Assembly (NCBI RefSeq): GCF_000341395.1
Contig: NC_020304.1
Location: 2,880,001 to 2,912,000, forward strand
Length of the DNA stretch: 32,000 bases
DNA from: Desulfocapsa sulfexigens DSM 10523
GTDB lineage: Bacteria; Desulfobacterota; Desulfobulbia; Desulfobulbales; Desulfocapsaceae
Direction of reading: 5' to 3'
This document shows positions 16,718-24,580 of this stretch, in pieces (the stretch's first letter is position 1; each line of letters opens with the position of its first letter). The notes below the pieces were generated by a model. It was not told the origin of the DNA, did no database searches, and worked only from the letters and a program-made list of their open reading frames with translations. The position numbers and the translations under genes were made by a program.

Positions 16718-18595
16718 ATGGAATACGACGCCAATTGGAAAGAAACCTATAAAGACATGATTAAAACCCCAAAACGGGCTTTGTCACTGTTGAAATCAGG
16801 TCATCGGGTTTTTATTGGAACCGGCTGCGGAGAGCCCACGGTACTCGTTGAGGCAATGACACGAATTGCAGGGAATCTTGCAGATGTGGAAATTGTAGAA
16901 CTCTTAACCAAAGGAAATGCCCCCTATGCCGAGAAAAAATTTGCCAACTGTTTTAAAATCAACTCACTTTTTATAGGCCACAATGTACGCGAGGTAATCA
17001 AAGAAGGACGCGGAGACTATACACCTGTTCTTATGTCCGACATCCCACGTCTTTTTAATTCTGGTCAGTTGCCTCTTGATGTGGCTCTTATTCAGGTTAC
17101 TCCTCCTGACTCCCGAGGAAAAATGAGCCTGGGAGTATCCGTTGACATTGTAAAAAGTGCTGCTGAAAATGCATCTCTTGTTATAGCTCAGGTCAATCCG
17201 CAAATGCCCTGGACCCGCGGTGACAGCCTTATAGATGTCTATGACCTTGATATTCTGGTGCCAGCCGATGTTCCTCTTCTTGAACGTAAATCCAAACCAC
17301 CTCATCCAATCAGTTTGAAAATTGCAGAGTTTGTCGCCGGTCTTGTGCCAAGCGGGTCCACTGTAGAGTTTGGACTTGGGAGGATTCCAGGTGTTGGCCG
17401 TATCCCGCAGGCCGTTATAGGTGCCTTGAAGGACAAGCATGATATTGGCATCCATACAGAACTTATCACCGATGACATTCTCGATTTAATACGGAGTGGG
17501 GTAGTAAGCGGCAATAGGAAATCCACGGATCGGGGCAAAATTGTGGCTAGTTTTTGTATGGGAAGCAGGGAGCTTTACGACTTTATAGATGACAATCCAT
17601 TGTTCTCCTTTCGCCCTACGGAATATGTGAATGATTCAAACATTATTGGCAAGCAGAATCGGATGGTATCCGTGAACATGGCCCTGCAGATTGACCTCAC
17701 GGGGCAGGTGTGTTCAGATTCGGAAGATGGCTTTTTCTATTCTGGAGTCGGAGGACAGGTTGACTTTAACCGTGGTGCTTCTCGCTCCGAAGGAGGGCGT
17801 GCCATTATCACAATTCCATCCACAACAAGTGACGGAGAGTCGCGGATCAGGGTGCATTTGAGCCCGGGTGCCGGTGTTGTTGTGAGCAGGGCGACGGTTC
17901 ATTACATTGTGAGTGAGTATGGAGTGGCCTATCTTCATGGAAAATCTGTTCAGGATCGAACCCTTGCTCTTATCTCCATTGCCCATCCTGATCATCGTGA
18001 ACAGCTATTAAAGGATGCTATTGAAGCCAGGTATATCCGTCAGGATTTTGTGGATGTTGAAGGAAAATTTGTTGTTGCCCCACAGGGTATGATGAAAGCC
18101 ACTTATCTGATGGATAACGGGACAGAATTGTATTTCAGGCCCATTCATCCAACCGATGAACCATTGATGCGCGATCTTCTCTATGATCTTTCCCAGGAAA
18201 CTCTGTACTACAGATTTATGAGTCATAATCAGCATTTCGGGCATAAAGAAATTCAAAATTTTGTCTATGTTGATCATCGTAAGGATGTTGCCATTGTTGG
18301 AACATTGCCAGAGGCCCATGGAGATGATATCGTCGCCGTTGGCAGGTATTACCTGGATGAAAGAAGCAACAGGGCTGAAGTTGCCTTTGTTATCCGGGAC
18401 GAATGGCAGAATAAGGGGTTGGGAACATTTATGTTTAAACATCTTATTACCCTCGCGAAGGCGAGTGGTATTGCCGGGTTCACTGCAGAAGTCTTACGTG
18501 ATAATAAGCGGATGCAGGCGATATTTAATCACTCCGGGTATAAGGTCCAAAGTGCAGTTGAAGAAGGTGTTTATAGCTTTCGGATTGAATTTTAA
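16718..18595 (+). CDS. Acetyl-CoA hydrolase/transferase-family domain fused to a C-terminal GNAT acetyltransferase
   Basis: CoA-transferase motifs IGIHTELITD and GVGGQVDF. GNAT motif A: VIRDEWQNKGLGTFMFKHLI. Start set at ATG 16718 (SD GAGGGA at 16709-16714). TTG 16694 and ATG 16700 are alternatives. Confidence 0.88.
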   Translation: MEYDANWKETYKDMIKTPKRALSLLKSGHRVFIGTGCGEPTVLVEAMTRIAGNLADVEIVELLTKGNAPYAEKKFANCFKINSLFIGHNVREVIKEGRGDYTPVLMSDIPRLFNSGQLPLDVALIQVTPPDSRGKMSLGVSVDIVKSAAENASLVIAQVNPQMPWTRGDSLIDVYDLDILVPADVPLLERKSKPPHPISLKIAEFVAGLVPSGSTVEFGLGRIPGVGRIPQAVIGALKDKHDIGIHTELITDDILDLIRSGVVSGNRKSTDRGKIVASFCMGSRELYDFIDDNPLFSFRPTEYVNDSNIIGKQNRMVSVNMALQIDLTGQVCSDSEDGFFYSGVGGQVDFNRGASRSEGGRAIITIPSTTSDGESRIRVHLSPGAGVVVSRATVHYIVSEYGVAYLHGKSVQDRTLALISIAHPDHREQLLKDAIEARYIRQDFVDVEGKFVVAPQGMMKATYLMDNGTELYFRPIHPTDEPLMRDLLYDLSQETLYYRFMSHNQHFGHKEIQNFVYVDHRKDVAIVGTLPEAHGDDIVAVGRYYLDERSNRAEVAFVIRDEWQNKGLGTFMFKHLITLAKASGIAGFTAEVLRDNKRMQAIFNHSGYKVQSAVEEGVYSFRIEF

Positions 18596-18673
18596 TAAGG
18601 GTCTATCAGGCTTGCTCCGACAAAATCGAATAACTGGACTTCTTATTACTCACATTTTCTCTGTGGATAAAAT

Positions 18674-19102
18674 ATGGACATTAGCCTGACAACTCCAGCA
18701 TTACTGTTTCCCGCCGTCACATTTCTGCTGGTCGCTTACACCAATCGTTTTCTTGCACTTGGTTCGCGTATCCGTCAACTGCACGATCGATATTTGGAAA
18801 ACCCCAATGATGTTCTTCTTTCTCAGATAAAGAGCCTGCGACATCGAGTGGTACTTATTCGTAATATGCAGTTTTTTGGTGTTGGGGGATTGTTTCTTTG
18901 TGTGTTCTGTATGTTTCTTCTTTTTGCAGGTAATGAACTGGGTGGGAAAATAACTTTTGCTATCAGTTTGATAATGTTACTTGTTTCTCTTGCTATATCC
19001 CTGCGGGAAATCCTGTTGTCGGTGGAGGCTTTGAATCTGGAACTGAGCAGTATGGAGCAGAGTAAACACTCAGGTAAAGAGAAGTTGCATGTAAAACAAT
19101 AA
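18674..19102 (+). CDS. Small membrane protein, DUF2721-like
   Basis: 142 aa with three hydrophobic segments. N-terminal TTPALLFPAVTFLLVAYTNRFLALGSRIRQLH resembles DUF2721 as I remember it. Confidence 0.6.
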   Translation: MDISLTTPALLFPAVTFLLVAYTNRFLALGSRIRQLHDRYLENPNDVLLSQIKSLRHRVVLIRNMQFFGVGGLFLCVFCMFLLFAGNELGGKITFAISLIMLLVSLAISLREILLSVEALNLELSSMEQSKHSGKEKLHVKQ

Positions 19103-19131
19103 CGCTGAGGGGGAAGTGATAAAGGATGCTG

Positions 19132-19629
19132 TTACTGTTTTGGCGAACGGACGGGTAAGGCTCGTCTGTTGCCCCCCGTTCCCCTTTTTAATCTTTTTGT
19201 GACTCCATAGTTAAATCCAAATGCTATGGCCTTGTTGTCCGAGGTTCGTCTGTCGGTCCAGACGTAGGGGGCGCTGATGTTGATTGTTTGTGTCACAACA
19301 TCAATAGACCCTGAATAGTCCTGCCCCTGCACTTTCTTTCCATTACCATAGAGTGATTTGAGCTCGCTGGATGCAGGCATTCTCCAGTCATTGTGCCCGC
19401 CAACTGCAAAGTTTTTGCAATACTCTACGGCCCCGGACCAGTTAATGCTTGAACCGTTGTCGGTTGCAGCCCATATAAGGCCGGTTTTTTCATCCCGTAC
19501 TGTTCCATCGGATAGGGTCTTGAATCGGACATCTGCTGCTCTTGCATTAAAAATAAGAAGGCAGAGCAGGAGATAAAAAAAGGCGCCGGTGATGGATGCT
19601 TTTCTGAGTAGACAGTTGGTACTATTCAT
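19132..19629 (-). CDS. Secreted DUF1566 (Lcl C-terminal, lectin-like) domain protein
   Basis: Signal peptide ending NARA-AD. DUF1566 signature TGLIWA...GHNDWRMPASSELKSLY. Start set at ATG 19629, overlapping the upstream stop codon by 8 nt. The tracked 19671 start lies inside the upstream gene. Confidence 0.75.
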   Translation of the reverse strand: MNSTNCLLRKASITGAFFYLLLCLLIFNARAADVRFKTLSDGTVRDEKTGLIWAATDNGSSINWSGAVEYCKNFAVGGHNDWRMPASSELKSLYGNGKKVQGQDYSGSIDVVTQTINISAPYVWTDRRTSDNKAIAFGFNYGVTKRLKRGTGGNRRALPVRSPKQ

Positions 19630-21223
19630 TGTTCTCTTTTTCCTGTGGTGGAGTAGTGTCAATCTTTCCAAGCGATAGTGGCGGACTCCAGGTTAGCCAC
19701 TTGTCATTCGGATCCCTGTGAAGAACAAAATGTTTGCCGTTGGCAACACGATTTCCCATGTCATCCTTGTCAGGTGTGGAAAAGGAAATGCCACCGCCGA
19801 TAATTGCTGCAACAGATTCTGTGCTGATCCGCATTTCAGTCATAAGTCCTCCTTTAATGCGAAACCCGGTACTGTTCCAGAATTTGGTGTTTTCCCGGAC
19901 AAGATTTACGTAGGGCTCGTGAATGTTGACGTAAATGAGAACATTTTGGCCAGTGGGGGAGAGTTCGTAGCCCGTTGTGTGGCCAACCTGTACCTGACGA
20001 TAATAGACAGGCTTGTTATAGCCAAGAGATCCAAGTCGATCCGTTTCAAGTACCAGATTCAGGCCCGTATTGTCTGTAATATTTACGGGGCGACTGTTAT
20101 GTACTTCAAAGGTACGCGCACTCTTGCCTGTACCTGGAAGAATATTGACGTATGCCCCTTTTATAAGGGTATCAAGATTGGATATTCCTTCGGCGTTAAA
20201 GCGTGCATTTACCGTCCAGAAATAAGCATCTGCACCGAGCAGTGCCTCCATTGATTTGTCGATGTAGGCTGTTGCGTTGACAGTTCGCAAATCACTCTTC
20301 ATTTCAATGTCAGTGATATGACCGATTTTTATACCATTAAAACGGATTTCAGCATCAGGCTGCAGACCATGATCTGCAGAAAAGGTGAGGTGTATTTTAA
20401 TGTCATCTGCCCGAAGGGCATCGTCCATACTGTCGTAGAGTAGAAAAATATTTTTGCTGTCAACTTTTTCACCACCAGTCGGAGTGAAAAAGCTGATGCC
20501 GCCACGTAAAATGCTTTTTATGGAATCCACCTCCATAGAGATTTTGGGGAGATTTGCCTGGAAACGGATACCGCTACTGATAAAAAATCTAGAAAATGAA
20601 GTTACGTGGCCAACATATTGAGGATGGATGAGAAGTTTTGTTTCAATGGTGCCATCGGGTAACAGTCTGTTGGATACAATTTCTCCAACAGCAATTTTTT
20701 TAAAAGAAACAGGAGAGCCAGCTTCCAATGAAACAGAATCTTTATTATGTAGGGTTAAATGAAGTCCAGGAACCCGCATGGAAATAGGAGGAGGGTCTGG
20801 CAGGGCTGTAAATGAATCAGTCTGCTCCGTAGAATTTCCCGGTTGTACTTCAAAGTAACTGCCTTTAATCAGGGTATCCAGGCCTGTGATGCGGTTCATT
20901 GAGATTTCAGGACGAACAACCCAGAAGAGGGTATCTTTGGTTAATTTTTCTCTTGCCTGTTTAACCATCTCTATTTCTGCATTGATGTGTTTCAAATCGG
21001 GACTCACGGTAAAACCTTTAAGCGTTCCCACCGGTAGCCCTTTGAAAAATACCTGAGTTTTTCCCTCCGTGAGCCCATTGGCGTCTTTTATGGCGACGGT
21101 TATCATAATGCCCGATTCCTGATAATCCTTATAGATCAGATAGGCACCGATAAGAATTGCAACCAGTGGAAGTATCCAGATGGGTGAAATTCCGATTTTT
21201 GGTTTTATAATTGGGGTTTCCAT
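19622..21223 (-). CDS. MCE-domain intermembrane transport protein (PqiB/LetB family) with four tandem MCE-like repeats
   Basis: N-terminal TM segment PIWILPLVAILIGAYLIY. Four repeats each carry a (K/R)x(I/L/V)xVG core. Repeat ends alternate: GLDTLIKGSYFEV / NLDTLIKGAYVNI versus ILRGGISFFTP / IIGGGISFSTP. Confidence 0.88.
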   Translation of the reverse strand: METPIIKPKIGISPIWILPLVAILIGAYLIYKDYQESGIMITVAIKDANGLTEGKTQVFFKGLPVGTLKGFTVSPDLKHINAEIEMVKQAREKLTKDTLFWVVRPEISMNRITGLDTLIKGSYFEVQPGNSTEQTDSFTALPDPPPISMRVPGLHLTLHNKDSVSLEAGSPVSFKKIAVGEIVSNRLLPDGTIETKLLIHPQYVGHVTSFSRFFISSGIRFQANLPKISMEVDSIKSILRGGISFFTPTGGEKVDSKNIFLLYDSMDDALRADDIKIHLTFSADHGLQPDAEIRFNGIKIGHITDIEMKSDLRTVNATAYIDKSMEALLGADAYFWTVNARFNAEGISNLDTLIKGAYVNILPGTGKSARTFEVHNSRPVNITDNTGLNLVLETDRLGSLGYNKPVYYRQVQVGHTTGYELSPTGQNVLIYVNIHEPYVNLVRENTKFWNSTGFRIKGGLMTEMRISTESVAAIIGGGISFSTPDKDDMGNRVANGKHFVLHRDPNDKWLTWSPPLSLGKIDTTPPQEKENNE

Positions 21224-21269
21224 AATAGTGTTTTCTGTTAAACGAATTGGGTGATGATGTTAATAACTT

Positions 21270-21869
21270 CTAATTGGCATCCCAGAGGAGACGCGAGTCA
21301 AATGTGAGAGCTGCACTCATGGTACAAACCACAACGGCGGAAAAATATGTTACAGCGGGAGCGGCAATGGTTGAGGTGAACCCTCCAAAGCTTACCAGCG
21401 TTGACATAAGGGCGATGACAAAAATGTCGAGCATGGACCAGCGGCCGATAAATTCTATGAAACGAAACATGGCAATCTTGTGTCGCAATCCTCTTTTCCA
21501 CTTAAAGTGTATTGAGAGCAGGATAATAATCATGCCAATGATCTTAAAGGTAGGCACCAGCACGGAGGCAGTAAAAATGATAAGTCCAATAAAATATTCA
21601 TCCTCGTGAAAAAAGTAGACGATACCGTCCATTATGGTGGAGGATTCCATGGTACCCAGGAAATTAACTCGCATGATAGGTAGCAGGTTTGCCGGGATGA
21701 AGAGGAGTATGGAGGTGATGATCAGGGCCCATACCCGCGTTAAGGAGTGTGGTTTGCGGAAATGGATTTCAGCATTACATCTGGGACAGGTGAGAACTTC
21801 GTTTTTTACAGTTTCTCTGGTCTTGAGTAACTTTCCGCAGTCGTGACAGGACATCAGTCCGGCTTTCAT
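21270..21869 (-). CDS. PqiA/LetA-family membrane protein, second half-size gene
   Basis: Zinc-ribbon CHDCG...CPRCN followed by four TM segments. Start set at ATG 21869, 10 nt after the upstream stop. ATGs at 21890 and 21893 are alternatives. Confidence 0.8.
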   Translation of the reverse strand: MKAGLMSCHDCGKLLKTRETVKNEVLTCPRCNAEIHFRKPHSLTRVWALIITSILLFIPANLLPIMRVNFLGTMESSTIMDGIVYFFHEDEYFIGLIIFTASVLVPTFKIIGMIIILLSIHFKWKRGLRHKIAMFRFIEFIGRWSMLDIFVIALMSTLVSFGGFTSTIAAPAVTYFSAVVVCTMSAALTFDSRLLWDAN

Positions 21870-21879
21870 GGCAGTGGCT

Positions 21880-22524
21880 TTAAATGGCATCATCCATATC
21901 CCGGCTGGAATCGGATCTGATTTGTTCGATATTTTTCCAGAATGTGTCGGGATCCAAAGCTGAGGTAGATGCACGGGTCATAAAAACTAGAAAAACAAAA
22001 CAGAAGAAGCCAATGTTGTAGTCAATGCTGGCAACGCTGATGATCTTGATAATACTGACAAGGAGTGCAATGAGATAGACATCGGGCATACCCCATTCAT
22101 CCATGTGAAGAGCTGTACGGAAAAGAAAGGGGAGTGAACGGCTATAGCGCTGTGTCTTTAATTGCAGGGAAACGGAAAAAAGCAGGCTTAGATTCAGGAG
22201 CGGAAAAAAAACGGAAGTGATAAAAACGAGAACGGCTACAAAATAGTATTTTTGATGGTAAAAGCTCAGGAAAGCATCAAAAATGGAGCCATTTTGAGAC
22301 ATTCCCATTGAGTGTAAGGTAAGAAGAGGCAGGAAGATAGCTGGTATATAGGCAAGAAGGCCACTGATACTGATAGCAAGTACTTTGGTGATTGAATTTA
22401 CTTTTTTATGAAGGAGTACAGTGTTGCAACGGGGACAAAAGAGTTTCTTACCGGGGTGGGCTTCAATCTTTTTAAGAAGCAGATCACATCCGGGACAGGC
22501 TATAATAGTAGTGGTTGCAGTCAT
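21880..22524 (-). CDS. PqiA/LetA-family membrane protein, first half-size gene
   Basis: Zinc-ribbon CPGCD...CPRCN followed by TM segments. 214 aa. Confidence 0.85.
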   Translation of the reverse strand: MTATTTIIACPGCDLLLKKIEAHPGKKLFCPRCNTVLLHKKVNSITKVLAISISGLLAYIPAIFLPLLTLHSMGMSQNGSIFDAFLSFYHQKYYFVAVLVFITSVFFPLLNLSLLFSVSLQLKTQRYSRSLPFLFRTALHMDEWGMPDVYLIALLVSIIKIISVASIDYNIGFFCFVFLVFMTRASTSALDPDTFWKNIEQIRSDSSRDMDDAI

Positions 22525-22724
22525 AAGCTTTACACGGGATCCATATAAATAAGTTCCTGAAAGAATAGCATATTCAAAGCTAAATCTGAAAGAAATATTT
22601 AATCAAATGTCTAATTTTACCAAATAGGGTATATGTTTGATTGACTAGGAAAAAAAGATCTATCGAGCCTGGGACGAGATGGATATCATGTATATTAGTA
22701 AGTGGATTGGTAAAAGAGATCGGT

Positions 22725-23387
22725 ATGATTATACAACAGACAAGCTGTAAACAGTGTGGAATTTGCTGCACTAAAGGAGGGCCGGCACTCCACGGGGCGG
22801 ATATTGATCTCTTGCGGCAGGGATCTATTCCACGAAAGAATCTTATCACCATCCGCAAGGGCGAGTTTGCCTATAATCCTGTCGCAGAGATGGTGCAGGC
22901 TACTCAGTCTGAAATTGTGAAATTGAAAGGTAGTGGGGGAGATTGGACCTGCTGCTATTATGATCCTGAATCACAAGGTTGTAGCATCTACGATAATAGA
23001 CCTCTGGCCTGTGTAATTCTGCAGTGCTGGAATCCTGATGCAACTCTTGCCCTTGTTGAGAAAGATCTCCTTAGCCGCCTCGATATAGTATCAGGTGACA
23101 AGTTTCTAGTGAAATTGATAACAGAGTATGAACTTGCCTGTCCCTTACCCGATTGTGAAAAACTTTCCATTGACCTGCAAAATAACTCTGAATCAATGAT
23201 TGCAAATCTTGAAGATCTTGTGAATCGTGATCTTCAGTTCCGGAATAATGTTGTTGCCGGGTCGGATACAGTTTTAGACGAGGAGATGTTCCTCTTTGGC
23301 AGGCCATTGTTTCAAATAGTTCAGTCCTTTGGTTTACTGGTTTCTCAATATGAAAACCGTCTACGCTTGAAAATGAAGAAATTATAG
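22725..23387 (+). CDS. YkgJ-type cysteine-cluster (CxxCxxCC) protein
   Basis: CKQCGICCTKGGP near the N-terminus, with further Cys (WTCCYY, CSIY, CVILQC). Start set at ATG 22725; the tracked start at 22641 is a TTG. Confidence 0.7.
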   Translation: MIIQQTSCKQCGICCTKGGPALHGADIDLLRQGSIPRKNLITIRKGEFAYNPVAEMVQATQSEIVKLKGSGGDWTCCYYDPESQGCSIYDNRPLACVILQCWNPDATLALVEKDLLSRLDIVSGDKFLVKLITEYELACPLPDCEKLSIDLQNNSESMIANLEDLVNRDLQFRNNVVAGSDTVLDEEMFLFGRPLFQIVQSFGLLVSQYENRLRLKMKKL

Positions 23388-23473
23388 TGGGAATAGAAGT
23401 GAAAAATATAGGGATCGATTATAGGGGCGATTGCTGAAAAGGCTTCAAGGACGTGCGGGCACGTCTAGGCAAA

Positions 23474-23620
23474 ATGGTTCGAGGCCATGAGTTTCAGTTT
23501 ATCTGTGCCAATGATATGGCAGGGAAGATGGATCGGGTCGTGCAAATTAATGGTGGGGTGGTTCGTTCCAAGGAACAGGGCGAAGATGGCACCATAATTA
23601 CTGTAATGAAGGCGGAATGA
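23474..23620 (+). CDS. Possible 48-aa small protein (MVRGHEFQFICANDMAGKMDRVVQINGGVVRSKEQGEDGTIITVMKAE)
   Basis: ATG 23474 with weak SD AGG at 23467-23469. TGA at 23618-23620 ends 4 nt before a 13-bp terminator stem. Too short for the ORF track. No family recognised. Confidence 0.3.
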   Translation: MVRGHEFQFICANDMAGKMDRVVQINGGVVRSKEQGEDGTIITVMKAE

Positions 23621-23624
23621 AAAC

Positions 23625-23654
23625 AAAGAGGCAGCATGCAGATGCTGCCTCTTT
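23625..23654. terminator. Shared hairpin terminator between convergent genes
   Basis: AAAGAGGCAGCAT (23625-23637) pairs with ATGCTGCCTCTTT (23642-23654): perfect 13-bp stem, 4-nt loop. The minus-sense tail is U-rich (UUUGUUUUC); the plus-sense tail is weaker. Confidence 0.75.
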
Positions 23655-23683
23655 ATGACAATACATTCTTTTGTCAATTGGTT

Positions 23684-24430
23684 TTACCAGTTTTTACGAT
23701 CTATTACGGCACCCTGGGTGGAGAGAGTGACTTGTTCAACAGGAACGCTTTTTCCTGCACGCTCTATGGCCTGGCTGATGATACCGTTCATAGATGAACA
23801 GCAGGGAACTTCCATAATAAGAATGGTGAGGCTGTTGAGATTACAGGTGGCAATGATTTCACTGAATTTCTGAACATAGCTCTCTGCATCGTCAAATTTA
23901 GGACAACCCATCATTACAACTTTTCCGGTGAGGTAATCCAGCTGAAAATTTGGAGCGGAAACGGCGCAGCAATCGGCGGCAACCAATAAATCTGCACCCT
24001 GAAGGAATGGAGCTGTGGGAGGTATGAGGCGAATCTGTACCGGCCAGTGGGTAAGTGATGAGGCACCACCTCCAGCAGCCATTGCTATGGGTTTGTTGGC
24101 TGTCTGGCATGGCGTCTGGGGGGTAAAGGTCTGCAACCGCGCGGAAGGACATCCTGAAGTCTTTGGTTTATCTACAGCAGCTCTCTGTTTAGCCAGATGT
24201 TCTTCAACCGCCTCCTCATCAAAGTCTTCAGCTTCACGCTCGATGATTTTGAGTGCGCCGGTGGGGCATGATCCAAGACAGGCACCAAGACCGTCACAAA
24301 GCTTATCCGAGACCATCTTTGCTTTTCCGTCAATAATAACAAGAGAACCCTCCGCACAGTCAGGAACACAGAGACCGCAACCATTGCAAAGTTCTTCATC
24401 GATTTCAATAATTTTTCGCATAATTTTCAT
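23684..24430 (-). CDS. 4Fe-4S dicluster ferredoxin-domain protein with a Cys-rich C-terminal domain
   Basis: CNGCGLCVPDC and CDGLGACLGSCP cluster motifs. The C-terminal domain carries ADCCAV, GCPKFDD and MEVPCCSS. Confidence 0.8.
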   Translation of the reverse strand: MKIMRKIIEIDEELCNGCGLCVPDCAEGSLVIIDGKAKMVSDKLCDGLGACLGSCPTGALKIIEREAEDFDEEAVEEHLAKQRAAVDKPKTSGCPSARLQTFTPQTPCQTANKPIAMAAGGGASSLTHWPVQIRLIPPTAPFLQGADLLVAADCCAVSAPNFQLDYLTGKVVMMGCPKFDDAESYVQKFSEIIATCNLNSLTILIMEVPCCSSMNGIISQAIERAGKSVPVEQVTLSTQGAVIDRKNW

Positions 24431-24480
24431 AGTAGTATCCTCAAGAGTGAATGTCTTTTAAATCAAATTGTGCTACTAGT

Positions 24481-24492
24481 ATAACATGTTAT
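24481..24492. promoter_or_regulatory. 12-bp perfect palindrome ATAACATGTTAT in a divergent promoter region (candidate operator)
   Basis: It overlaps extended -10-like elements on both strands: TGgTACAAT (24492-24500, +) and TGtTATACT (24486-24478, -). Confidence 0.3.
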
Positions 24493-24500
24493 GGTACAAT

Positions 24501-24535
24501 CTCCTTGACTTGGGTCAAGGAGTTCTGTTTTTTTT
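24501..24535 (+). terminator. Orphan intrinsic terminator 46 nt upstream of the antiporter gene
   Basis: CTCCTTGAC (24501-24509) pairs with GTCAAGGAG (24514-24522): 9-bp perfect stem, 4-nt loop, then TTCTGTTTTTTTT. There is no upstream plus-strand gene. Confidence 0.6.
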
Positions 24536-24580
24536 GAATCATTTGTTATTCTTCTTTCTTTGGATGAAAAGAGGTGATTG

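Noticed and set aside
21869-21893. Split PqiA genes as a frameshifted pseudogene of a single two-domain pqiA
   Set aside because: Each half has its own ATG and N-terminal zinc ribbon, and the first ends at a domain boundary. Half-size PqiA gene pairs occur naturally, so a sequencing or mutational frameshift is not needed to explain this.
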